64,000 nt of DNA, from positions 372,001 to 436,000 of the forward strand of contig NMRA01000190.1 of NCBI GenBank assembly GCA_002633005.1, read 5' to 3'. Below are positions 12,237 to 24,285 of this stretch, piece by piece. The position numbers and the translations under genes are program-made. Every line of letters begins with the position of its first letter. Positions within the stretch are counted from its first letter, which is position 1. The notes beneath the pieces were generated by a model that searched no databases, had not been told where the DNA came from, and worked only from the letters and a program-made list of their open reading frames with translations. The stretch comes from Phoronis australis (taxonomy: Eukaryota; Animalia; Phoronida).

Positions 12237-14912
12237 CAGTGGCGGATCTAGGGTATCACAAGGGGGGGGCCCAACATGTTGTCTGAAAACATTTGTGCAA
12301 AGCACGATTAGATGCGCATGGCACCGAATGGGGGGAGGTAGGGAGGGGCGTTCGCCCAGGAAAAATTTTCTGTTTTTTCCTCTAAAAATCCAGCATTTTC
12401 CTTGATTCCTGAAGTAATATCCAAGAAAAAAAGGCAAAGAAAAAGAAAAAAAAAACACGGCGAATGTGTCAAACATGAAAAACTACAATTTTCACTGACT
12501 CGAACTCACGACATGGCGGAAATAGCGATAGTACTCTGGAGTTCCGAATAGTAGTAGGGACAGCAATAATAGTATAGACTGGAAAATTTCACGATTTTTG
12601 ATAATAGTAGAGACTAATAATAGTATACACCCAACATTTTTGCCACTAGAAAAGTAGAATAATAGTATAGACCGGAAATTTGTCGGAAAAAATTAATAAT
12701 AGTATAGAATGGAATAATGGTATAGACGGCAAATTTGTGGAAATTTAAACATAGTATAGACTGGAATAATAATATTGATTACAAATTTAGGTAAAATCTA
12801 ATAATGATATAGAAAGGAATATTGCAAAACAGCAAATTCTAAGGAATAATGGAATAGGCGGAAAATTTGTGGAAAATTAAAAATGATATAAACTGGAATA
12901 ATAACATTGATTACAAATTTGCGTAAAATCTAGTAACGGTAGATGGAAATAATAGGAAGTGCAAAATCTAATAATGATGTAAATAGGACTGGAATAATAG
13001 TGCAAAGAAGCATATTCTGTCTGACCACCGCTTTAAAATTGTTTCAAAGAAAAACTTTTAAATTGAACATTAGCATAGTTAAATTATTGCAGTGGTGTAT
13101 CCACCCATAGAACAGTGAAGTGGAATAAAGTGTCATTGCTAAAACAAAGATCATTCGTTTATTCAATAACTTTCAATGGAAGTCTATATAGATGTGTTTC
13201 AAACAGTATGCGTTATTATTTTACTCAAAAAAGAATGTGACATTCATACTAGAGATGCCAATGTCGACTAAGTCCAAAAATTATAACAAGGAGGTAAATA
13301 TTTCAGCAGCAAGGTCCAGTATTCCACAAAGCCGACAATAAAGTGTCTTGGTAAAACGAGTCGCATTTTTATCATACATGTTCCTGACAGTCGAGCCTTT
13401 GTTTCTCTCAATCTCATGTCTTGCACAATGTTCATAGTCAATACCCTCGTAATGTTTGTCAGAATTCGACGTCAAAAAGTCGGTACAGCCAAAATTTTAC
13501 ACGGCCAGAAATTGAGATTTCTTGCAGAATTGCCCAACATTCAAGTCCATGACCACAACTACGTCCACAATCTTGAATATCTAATTAGATATAATAAACA
13601 AACCGATTCACGTGTGTTTCCATTTACTTGGACGGGAGAGCAAGTAGAAATCAATTTCAATAGATATCGACTGGATTGTCGAACGTTAGCAACTATGTCA
13701 TTTTCAAGATTAACCATTAGTCCATTCTTCCTGTTCATAAAAACAATCTATTCTCAAGTTTGGAGCGAATTGTAAAAATGCTGATTTCCGATGTTGTAGG
13801 CAACTTGTTGGTACTTTATTGATTCTAGGAACCTGGTTCCTAGGTAGCCAGCCAGCTAGCTGCCTGTATGAAGGCTAGTTCCTAGGTTGATTGAAAGGTT
13901 CAGCACCATTCATTAACTGCACGGGTATTTGCGCTTCCTTGACTTGCCGCATTATCACCACGGTCCATATCTGTAGCTGGATTATTTGTCGTACCAGCGT
14001 CTGAATCAATGTCTGTATCTGGAACATCTCTCGGTTTGTAAAATAATCCTCGAATTCTTTTAGGCCTTTGCGCGGCAGACGACATGATTAAGTATGTAGA
14101 ATGCGCATGTCAATAATGATGGAAAGCGCAGATGACACTGGCTGTGCAAAATCCCGGAATTATTCCCCCATAAACGCAAACTTTGGGGACAGACACAGTG
14201 AAGAGTTGTTAAGGCTTCCCAGTTTTTCACAGGGTACAATTATTGGATCACCCAAAGAAACTCATCGAAAGCGTTTTTATTTATATGTATATTGAGCTGC
14301 CGTTAACAACGATTTGTGTCACGGGGCGCGCAGAATATTGAAAAATGCACTTTTTGTGCATTAAATTCATCATTTCTGGAGTTACTGATGGCCTATTTCT
14401 TTGAGCGACTGCCGACCAGCCGATAATATTAAGAGAAGTGGTCATTATTTCAAGCTTTTTAAATTTTGCCAACACTTCCTTAATTCTGACCAATCCCGTC
14501 GAACCCGTCCAAAATAACATTCTGGCCTTCCAGCAGACAGCCGCTGCGTAAATCCTTGCTTGGGAGTCCCGTTATTTACGCTTTGAAACATACAGTTGTA
14601 TATTTTAGCGAATAAAATCTTTTAACGTGTATGACATGTGACTTACGTGTGTAACGCGGAGTCGTATATAGATCTTCTAAATTACGAAATTTGAACAGAG
14701 TGTCTCGTGGTCTTGAGGTTTAGAGCAAAGTAAGAGCAATTAAATCATGTCTCACGACCAAGGTATGATACCCGGTGGCAGCAGCTAAGTTTTTGTGTAA
14801 CAAATTTGTAATGAATGAAACAAAAATTGAGAACTTACTCAATCAAATAATCGTGGAGAGTGGAAAAAGGTTAGAAAATTAATAAACGGGCCCCCCCCTA
14901 AATCCGCCTATG
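12237..14912. mobile_element. ~2.7-kb non-autonomous hAT-like DNA transposon with a 5-bp TSD
   Basis: TIRs CAGTGGCGGATCTAGGG and CCCTAAATCCGCCTATG; TTACC on both flanks (12232-12236 and 14913-14917). It interrupts the second copy of a ~45-bp tandem unit whose intact first copy lies at about 12170-12215. Confidence 0.8.
12540..13010. repeat. Degenerate minisatellite (AATAATAGTATAGAC(T/C)GGAAATTT-like)
   Basis: Many imperfect copies of AATAATAGTATAGA and GGAATAAT; it looks like a subterminal array of a nested DNA transposon. Confidence 0.7.
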
Positions 14913-15666
14913 TTACCTGTTAGCGTTATGTTTCGCCTCGTTTTACCTTCCGCTAACAACTTGCTGTGAATCATATGAGCCTCAGTTTGTGTTAGCCACT
15001 CGCTAACACTGTGCAACTCCCTATTTGCTGATTGGTTGCACGCTTTGTGGTTTTATCAGATCCGTGCGTGGTTTGATTCCCGGGTTGGGTAATCTCGGCA
15101 ATTACTAACTACAATACTTCCCATTGGTTTCTTATCTCCATGTATTTGAAGGGAATGGTTGTGCACCCCAGTCATGGAATAAGAGCTTTTCAACTCGTCA
15201 AAAATACATATTTATTATTACACTTAAAATTGTCACTTAAAAAAGCGCTTACTTTCTTTAGCAATCCTTTTTGGTTCTATGCATATCCTTCATGAAACCT
15301 GTGTTTGGGAATTAAGATGACTTAAGCGAAGAATTCCAACTCCACTTTCTTCTTTGCTGTTAACTTTTTCACCGCACGCAATAACCACCAAATGATGTCA
15401 CAAGTTAGGTCACAACAAGAGACTGTGGAGCATGAGACCTGGCGGCTGACACTTGCAAAAAGGAGCATGGGAGGATATCCAAAGGAACTCGAAAGATGTC
15501 TGTCGGACTTTTTATTTGTGAACTGGCGTGATTTCCTTAAAATGGCACCAGGCAATGGAAACTCAAGTGAACCTCCACAGATTTTCATGAATATGTTCAA
15601 ATTATGTAATTGTTGACTAAATTGTCTCCAAAGTCATGGTATGTTTTAATTATAACTCAATGCATA

Positions 15667-15754
15667 TAAATGCATGCATCATTCGATGTTATTCGCTGTA
15701 TTTCAAGATATAAATGCATGCATCATTCGATGTTATTCGCTGTATTTCAAGATA
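15667..15754. repeat. ~43-bp perfect tandem duplication
   Basis: ATAAATGCATGCATCATTCGATGTTATTCGCTGTATTTCAAGAT occurs twice. Confidence 0.85.
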
Positions 15755-16549
15755 AGTAATTTTTTATTGGGATATTATGATATCCATGCGTAACCAAGCA
15801 GGAACAGTTTGCCAAAATAAAGGAAACCCTGTGTAGGGAAAGGGTTGCGAAAGTTCAGGCCCTTACAAGTGCGCATGAAATAAACAAGATAATAGATCCC
15901 TGATGTGAAAAATCGAACTAAGACTGCCAGTGCACCCACATTTGCCTGATCGGCATTTTGTTTAGTCAAACAGAAAGTTGTGACTGTCTCGCGTGCTTTA
16001 TTGCCACTTAGTTTCCCCTCTTTGGTCCAGTGGCCCTCGCAGGTGCACCACATAGGGTAAAATCAGATGATCAGCATGTGACTTATAATCAAAGCCTTCC
16101 CCTTTTTGCAGAGCGATTCCTACCTCTGTTCATTTGATTTCTATACTATATTCAGTGCGTCTGTGGCAACTTCGGGGTGACCTGGGATTTTGACCTTGTT
16201 GCCAAACAAAATCTGCAGTCGCATTGGTAATCTGGAGGTCGCCAAAACGAGTCCTTTCTTCGCTATTTTAGGCCGACCCACGGTTGTTAGGCTCGGTACT
16301 TAATACAAAAATTTTATCAAAAGTGACATGTATCTTTCACTTCAGTCAGTAAGCTACTTGTGTATGACTGAGCTTCAAAACACAAGATGATGCTGGGGAA
16401 ACACCATATCCTTTGCTCACCTTAGCGGGCTTAATTGAACGGCTGAGGTGAACAAGGGCTCTATAGTCACTCTAATGTCACCATCTTGATGAAGCCTTTT
16501 TGCATTAACCCTCGTATCCTATTGAAGTGTAGCTGCTGTTTTTTTCCAG

Positions 16550-19500
16550 CTCGTGGTCTGATCCACCGCTGCCCAAGCTGTATGCAGAAACAGAGACCTT
16601 CCTTGGTGATATAGGTGTGGAATTCATCGAAGTCGGAATAAACAGGTGGGCTTTTGCCTTAGCTTAAAAGTACTAGTCAGTGAACAGCTACTAACTAGCA
16701 CAAGATCTCTGATACTACTAGTTAAAATCTTTGAAAGAAAACCATGGTTGGTTACCATTGTCAGCCATCCTTGATGTGGAGAAGATCTGGGCAATGTTCC
16801 GTAGACACGAGAACATCGTGAAAACACAAGATCACATAGTAGTATTTAGAAAGTCATTTATGGAAGCCCTTAGCTCACTGTCTCCTAGAAAAATCACTAA
16901 GCCTCACTGTTTGCTTGCTTGCTTGCTCTAAGCAATGTGTAAGACGACTCTTCGGCATTACTGCAAAGCATTACTATTGACTACCTGAAGCAGTGGTAGG
17001 ATGGGACAGGGCTGTTCCCCTCTCACTCAAAGAAATTACCTTCAGGAGGCTCAGGCATCTTTCTCCTCCAATGAATGTGGGTCCTGTAATGTCAATAAAT
17101 GATTATTTTTATTTTAAATATTTAATTTATAGTCATTGCTGAAACCCCCACCCCCCAGAAAGTTGGGCTTAAGCTTGATTAGTGTGATAGTCTGATGGTG
17201 CATGCATACCGCTGTTTTCACTTTAATCTTTCCTTGTTCTCCACTCATAACATTGACCACTGTGACACAATAATGATGTTTCAGGGTGAAGCACGACCAC
17301 AAAGAACCATCCATTTTCCACCAGCTTAGCTTCAGTGAGACCTCTAGCAGTACAAGCGTGGCTGGCTCTGAAGTGAGCGATGAAACTTACATCGACGCTG
17401 AAATTGATCTGGAGTCATCCAGGTTTAGTCTGGACACTGATCACGAATACCTGTCGTCGTCGCTGCTCAGCAGTTTTGGAGAGACGAGTAGCTTTTCAGG
17501 TGAGCTTGTAATAATTACCAAATCTGCCCTAGCCTTAAGTGCCCTATGTGTGTATATATACATACTTAGGTATGGGGGATATGGTTGTTCCTTGTTGAGG
17601 CGGTGATGATTATAAGGTTGGATGCTGTTGGCACAGAAAACCCCAGTGGTGCAATGGACATATATGCTGCTGATTGTCTCTGATCCCTGTACTTCTTATT
17701 GTGTCTTGTTCTAGAGTAACAGGATGGGTACCCCAGCCTAGTGTGACAAGCACTGGTGTTAGCAATGTTCTTAAATTGATCTGGCGTATTTTTCAATCGT
17801 GGCTTTAAGGGATTGCGTGTCTTCCATACTCCATCCACCTCTATGATGTGAGATACCCCAGTTGTACTTGTTCTGCAACTGAGCGCGAAGCACCCCGCAT
17901 ATTCCGTGATTGATGTTTAGTTTGGTCTCGGACATAACAGGTGCAAGAGGAAACAAGCAAGTCATAACTACCATTGATTTCTGTAGATCACTGGCTTTAA
18001 TACTTGTTTACAAAAAGTATGTGTAATGCAATTATTCATTGTTAGCTATAGGTTCGTATAGAGAACATGTTTCCATTCATATCACTGTTGTGACCATTCT
18101 TTTGTGTTTTTGCCTTCAGACCACGTCAGCTTTACTGGATTGACGTGGGGTGACGTAGACCTACAACTGTCAGGTGACACCTGTGTAGACGTAAGCAGTC
18201 ATGACACGTCGTCAGAGAAAGTACCTAGTCCCACAAGTTCTCCAGCTCCAAGCCGGGAGGGAGCGTTACCTGTAGACTTCATAGATGACAATGCTCCGTG
18301 GTAGGTGGCAGCATTGTAGTCAGAAAGATGGTCATGTTCTAGTGCTGAGCGTTTAGCTTTCTCATCAAATCTGGTTATAGGAATTGTGTCCGAACTGAAC
18401 TGTAGTTGTTATTAAGTGACGTGGAGATCAGGCAGAAAGTTTTCGGGTCACCGATTCAATTGCGTGCCGTGATAAGGTACTTTGTAAATGTAGAATTGTT
18501 GGCGACAGCGGTAGAACACTCTCAGGGAGACAGTATTTCTCCCTAAAAGTCAGCACAAGTATTCTCAGTAAGGAAACTGTCAAAAAAACGACTTCTGATT
18601 TATCTAACTGCAGTTGTAAAGTGTTGTTCCTTTCTCAGAAAATGAGAAATGATTCCTAGCAATGAGAAGAACTGACAAGTCGTCATTGCTTCAAGCCACG
18701 CCCATTTTGTTGCGCATCACAACTGGTTACAGTGAAGTTCTTATATTTGGGACACGATATGGTGGACAGGGGAAATTTCATTATGTCATATTTCTCAACA
18801 AAATTACTTGCGTAGCTATTACCAAATAACATTTGTTAAAATTTCAGGCATTTGCAACAATGTGGTAAGCCTCTGAAAAATAGAAATATGGCAATTTTAG
18901 CAATTATTTTTGTCCTAAATTGATGAATTTTTACTGTAGTTTCAGTCACCAATGGAGTAAGGCCATCTGTAGAGTTCTAGTCGCGTTATTAAAACCAGCT
19001 GCAGTTGAAACCCAGAAAAATAATGCCGTGAAGTTGTTTTGGAATAGCAAATTTATATCTGTGAAGAAAGTTGTTGTTTTTAACGCTTTGCATGTTGATA
19101 GTGGCTTTTACTGTGTCCATTTCTCAACTACATCTTTTGTGAGTGGTTCTTTTTCTCCGATCTAACTGCATTACATTGAACCTACTTTATAATGTTTGCT
19201 GCCTTATTGCATTCCATTCCACAAGTCCTTAAGGCAGTTAGACTTGTTGAAATTTGATTTAGCTTCGTTCAACTTCTGGTGCAATGAAGGTTTTAGAAAG
19301 CTCCCAGGATGGTTTGTTTGAACGCGGTTTGATTGGAAATTTGTGTTCTCTGAAAAATAAGGCCATTTGTTAAATGTGCTGCTGTTGATGAGGAAAGAAG
19401 TTGGTGTGGGAGAATAGAATTATGGTTCGTGAGAATTAGCTGCAGTACTGAAGAAAGGAAATGTGTTAATGAGAAAATAATGTTGTTAATGAGAATGTTG

Positions 19501-22500
19501 GTGTGAATCTTTATTATTGTATATACGAGAAGTGTGTTATCCAGCACCAGAAGTAGACATAGTGCTGTGTATTCTGTCAGCATTGTGTTTGTATATGGTG
19601 CTAGAGTATTCTATTGACAGTCACTAATCAGCCATGCTTTCAGATTTAGTCTGAAGGCATGCTATTGTCTGTCATGACACTATTTCTTAGCTACATAAGC
19701 AATGTTTCTATAACATCTGTTGTACTTGGGTATTTATTCTGTAGTTCCCCCTTATACTACAATGTGCACTTAAAACCAAAATAACTCCTTCAAAGTTACT
19801 ACCAAAATGTCCAAATGTTAATTTAATGCACTGTCCATGATTCAAATAAAAATTGATTGCTGCGCATACAATGTCCACTGGTAATTTGACCTGCCAGCTA
19901 TCATACAGAGGCTAGATTGGAGGGTCCTTTTCTATGGTCATGAAGTTGTGATGTCCGTTTCAGGAGCAGTATGACGTACAGCGAGCAATTGTCGACAGTT
20001 GAGAAATTAACAAGTCTTGTGAGTACGGATATGGATCTTCGTGACCAGTTGGAGGTCATTAAAATAATCAACAAAGATGCAGCCTTGTCACCAACAGACA
20101 CGGAGTTTGTTATTGGTAAGGCCTTGAGTTTTCTTTTAAGTTTCATTTAGAATATAGGTTTCATTTAGAACATAGGGTTTTTGGAAATATGTCGTCAAAT
20201 CGGACTTTTATCAGAGTCATTGACAAAGATATGGCGGTACGTTGTCACTCTTAGACGCAGAGTTTGTTGTTGGCTGGGGCTTGCAGCACTGTGTTAAAAG
20301 AGATTTCTGGTATTTCTTGGGATTATGTTGATCCACTCTTGTAGTCAAATTAAATATAGATACTGGCAGAATGCTTATTTACATTTTCAAAATCAAAGTG
20401 CAAGTTAGTACATTAGTGAGGTTGTTTTTATGTGGGGTCCAGTGGGTTGGTTGTCATCATCCGAATCCAATTCTGAAAGTGATTGAAATTAGCGTGAATC
20501 CAATCAAGTGTAGTGCTGTTGTCTGAGACTGTTAACATTTTGCTCGGTTTTCAAAGGTACACTGAATCTAGTTTTAGCCTATATATGACTAGACCACTTA
20601 GACTTTTGTAACACAATGATGCTTAGTCAATTTTAAAAACTCTTAACCAGTATAAACTCTTACACATTGGCTGACATGACTTAGTGCTTTGGACGAATTT
20701 GTCAATGGCTTTTGGGTTATGATCACTATCTTCTCTGTGACACGAGAAAGAAGTGTTTTAAGTGAATTGTGCTTGTATGTCTTTGGGGAAAGTCTTCAAA
20801 TGGTTAGTGAAGTGACCAGGACAAGTTTTATGAATTTCCTTACTAACATCGGGAGCATGTTAGACGAGGCAACCTCTTGACTTTGTGTTATGCTCTTTCA
20901 TTGTGTTCTGGTCTATTGTGTATTGCAGACCTGGCCTATCTAAGTGACGAAAAAATCCGACAGGTTCGAGAATATATCAAAAAGCACAAATCAACGACTA
21001 GCTCATCATCGTCCGCCACTGGTTTGAGTCAGCAGAAAAAAGTATGCAAAGTACGTTTGTTTTCAGGTTCTTGATCTCATTGAATTTATTTTCAATATTT
21101 CTGATGAATTTATATCACAAAGGGAGGCTTGTTCCCTCTTAAACAGAGTGTTTGCTCGAAAACCAGTTTTCTCTAGTAGTACTGAAAAGACGGGCATCAA
21201 ATTGGGTCTCAAAATCTGGGACCCTTTTGTGTGACTATTGCCAAATGTTGAGTTTTTCATGTTTCTCATTTGTGAGGTTTTGATGTTCTTAGAATATTTT
21301 GAAAATTGCCAGTTTACATAGCAGGGTCGCGTTGTTAATTTGGCAGCTGGTCACACGGGGCCGGGGACTTCTTGCCTTTTAGTTACTGAGGTCACATTGT
21401 CACGTTGTACAAAATGCGTACTGATAATCTCCTGTTCATGACAGTCTCTATTGGGAAACCAGAATTCAAGCCAAAATTGAATTTTCGTGATTCTGAAGAT
21501 TGAGAAATGGGTGATTTTGGCATTCTTTTTGTAAATCACTTATCTTGTTTTGGTTTTTCTATCAACTGAGTGAAAATAGAATTGGCAGTTGATAAAATTG
21601 TCAAAAATAGCTGCTGGCGCAACTTTTCCATCTATTCTAATAAAGTGTAACATCTAGTGTGAATGATCATTTGTCGTTCATTGTAGTTCTTGAGTTTGGG
21701 ATAGCCTGTTTCCTGTATCTAAATTTGGTTCGTGACCTAATAATACATATTTCACTGTACCATGCTGGAGAATTTTACCACTTCCAACTGATCATGGAAA
21801 ACCCGGACAAAAAATGAATTTCAGGCATGAAAAATCTAGAACAATATGAAAATGTGTTGAAACTTAATTAGTTAAAAAAGTCATTTTGTGAGTCTTATTA
21901 AAACACGTCTTGTTACCATTACATATTGTTTCATGACAGACCATCTGCCATTGGTTAGGGCACCCCGCATATTCCGTGACTGATGTTCAGTTTGGTCTCG
22001 GACATAACAGGTGCAAGAGGAAACAAGCAAGTCATAACTACCATTGATTTCTGTAGATCACTGGCTTTAATACTTGCTTACAAAAAAATTGCATTTCAGT
22101 GTTCTCAACAGATATTGGTTCGTAAAATATCCATTTTCACGTTTGGGGATGTTTGTGCATAAAGCATGATAGGAATTCATACACTGAACAGACGTCGATC
22201 CTCAATAAATGTCCTCAAATGCTTAAGAAACAAGAGACTGAAATAACACATCATTTTCTTGATCAAAACACAACCTAAAACACAGTGGTGTGTCAGTACA
22301 TGAACGCCTCCTTAAGTGTTTTTGGTGAGACTGTAGGTCTTGCAGTATTCTGTAACCTTGTTACTTGTCTTAGTTGTGTCTATGCTCACTGATTATGCTT
22401 AAGGAACAAAGTGAAATGCTCGACAGTTTATGTAAGTTATACTGTAAATGAACGTCAATGTCAAAAGCTCTCTTGTTTCTTTCAGACTGCAGGTTATCAA

Positions 22501-23338
22501 AGCCGCTTGTAACATTTTTCCGAAACTTTAAAGCCTCTTATATGAAGTTAGTAGTTGAGCTTGCCATTGGGACAAATAGCATTTTTCTTGATTCGTTATG
22601 CCCTTCTTTATGCCTCTCATGTGTCAGTAATATTCATGCTCTTTCAAGAACAACAACTGTAATTTTCAAATATTTCGCACTTAATATGGCGAACTAGTGA
22701 AATTTTATTTTGTTAAATTTCGCAACAAAAAATAACTTTAAGAAAACTTTAGTCAGTTGTTAGCTTTGTTTATAGTGGACAAATGTTATAAAAAAATTCA
22801 GTGAAATTTCCAATATTTCCACCTAAGTAACCAGTCATATTATATTTAAACGAAGGTTTACCATGACATTATGCTCAGAATCATTAGATGCCCATCTCAG
22901 TTGATATATGACTCACCAGAGGGACAATAAGCATTGTTGTGTTGTGTTGTGTTGTATCGAGACTCCAATCTGTATTAGATCTTGTGCTTATCAAAGATAC
23001 ATATTAAAAATTTTCAGAATCATTAGACCGCGCAATTTGTAATTTATGATAATCAAAGAAACAACGGACATTTTTTGAAGATCGTTATTAATAGGGTAGT
23101 TGTCTGATATTTGTGTGCATGGAAGGATAATACATTAAAATTATGTTACCTTGATGTTCTTCAGAAACAGGAGAGGAAGACTTACCAGAAGGCTGTAAAG
23201 CAACGACAACGTAAGGAATACCGACAAATGATGAAGGAGCGGCGGAGTGGATTGTTCAAACGGGAAGAGGTACTGGCTCTGTCAAGAGTGGTATCAGAGC
23301 CAGACGACAATTACAGTGACGTAGACATACTAACCTAG
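16550..23338 (+). CDS. FAM199X: FAM199X (CXorf39) homolog, spliced; start exon unresolved
   Basis: In-frame exons 16550-16645, 17285-17499, 18120-18300, 19964-20115, 20929-21050 and 23165-23338. They encode PWSSMTYSEQ...STDMDLRDQLEVIKII...[29 protein letters not shown] and KERRSGLFKREEVLAL...DVDILT*, matching the FAM199X conserved blocks. Confidence 0.9.
17890..18015 (+). ncRNA. Intronic H/ACA box snoRNA, copy 1 (predicted guide for 18S pseudouridine at the human U105 equivalent)
   Basis: Hairpin GCACC...GGTGC, H box AGAGGA, hairpin AAGCAAGT...ACTTGTTT, then ACA (18010-18012) plus 3 nt. The 3' pocket CATAACT/TTTAAT is complementary to 18S AUUAAA-UC-AGUUAUG. Confidence 0.85.
21960..22085 (+). 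ncRNA. Intronic H/ACA box snoRNA, copy 2 (paralog of 17890-18015)
   Basis: Near-identical to copy 1, differing at about three C/T positions; at least two of these are G-U versus G-C swaps in stems. Similarity stops at the predicted RNA ends. Confidence 0.85.
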
Positions 23339-23719
23339 CTGTGGCTACACAGTGTCATTGTTATGTAGTAGTGATATGTCATACCTTGGAGGTTAATTTA
23401 TTCACTAGCTATGCAAAGCTGCATTGCTTGTGTTGAATGGTGAAATTGGTGCGCAACATCGTGTTGTATGTTTTTGTAATGGAGATTGCATAATCTTATC
23501 GCAATGTTTTTACGCTCTTGGTGAGTTGTTTTATTTTAAAACATTTGGCAATGCTGGCCTTATTGTTTTGCGTAAAAGAATCATGTGAGTGGGTGTGTGT
23601 GTTTGTGCAATTTCGACAGCAAAGAATGCAGCTTACTAGCTAATTAATGTATGCCAAGTCTCTTGATAATTACAGTATTTCTACTTTTACTTGTGATCCG
23701 TGGTCTGTACATGCTTACA

Positions 23720-24285
23720 GTGTTACATTGGGTGCACACCCATACAATATGAGGAATGTGTCACTTGCTAACTAGTTCATGGTGTTACATTGGGTGCACA
23801 CCCATCCAATATGAGGAATCTGTCACTTGCTAACTAGTTCATGGTGTTACATTGGGTGCACACACATCCAATATGAGGAATCTGTCACTTGCTATTAACT
23901 AGTTCATGGTGTTACATTGGGTGCACACCTATCCAATAGGAGGAATCTGTCACTTGCTAACTAGTTCATGGTGTTACATTGGGTGCACACCCATCCAATA
24001 TGAGGAATCTGTCACTTGCTAACTAGTTCATGGTGTTACATTGGGTGCACACCTATCCAATAGGAGGAATCTGTCACTTGCTATTAACTAGTTCATGGTG
24101 TTACATTGGGTGCACACCGATCCAATATGAGGAATCTGTCACTTGCTAACTAGTTCATGGTGTTACATTGGGTGCACACCCATCCAATATGAGGAATCTG
24201 TCACTTGCTAACTAGTTCATGGTGTTACATTGGGTGCACACCTATCCAATAGGAGGAATCTGTCACTTGCTAACTAGTTCATGGT
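23720..24285. repeat. 62/65-bp minisatellite, about 9 copies, downstream of the FAM199X stop codon
   Basis: Unit GGTGTTACATTGGGTGCACACCCATCCAATATGAGGAATCTGTCACTTGCTAACTAGTTCAT; two copies carry a 3-bp insertion. Confidence 0.95.

Noticed and set aside
15392-15616. 74-aa ORF as the FAM199X first coding exon
   Set aside because: I found no convincing donor in the phase needed to join exon 16550 and no recognisable homology; the start is left unresolved.
17603-17682. Possible C/D snoRNA (GTGATGA...CTGA) in a FAM199X intron
   Set aside because: There is no good terminal stem and no recognisable rRNA antisense element; such motifs can occur by chance.
23720-24285. CRISPR-like array
   Set aside because: The units are contiguous and near-identical with no unique spacers, there are no cas genes, and the context is eukaryotic.
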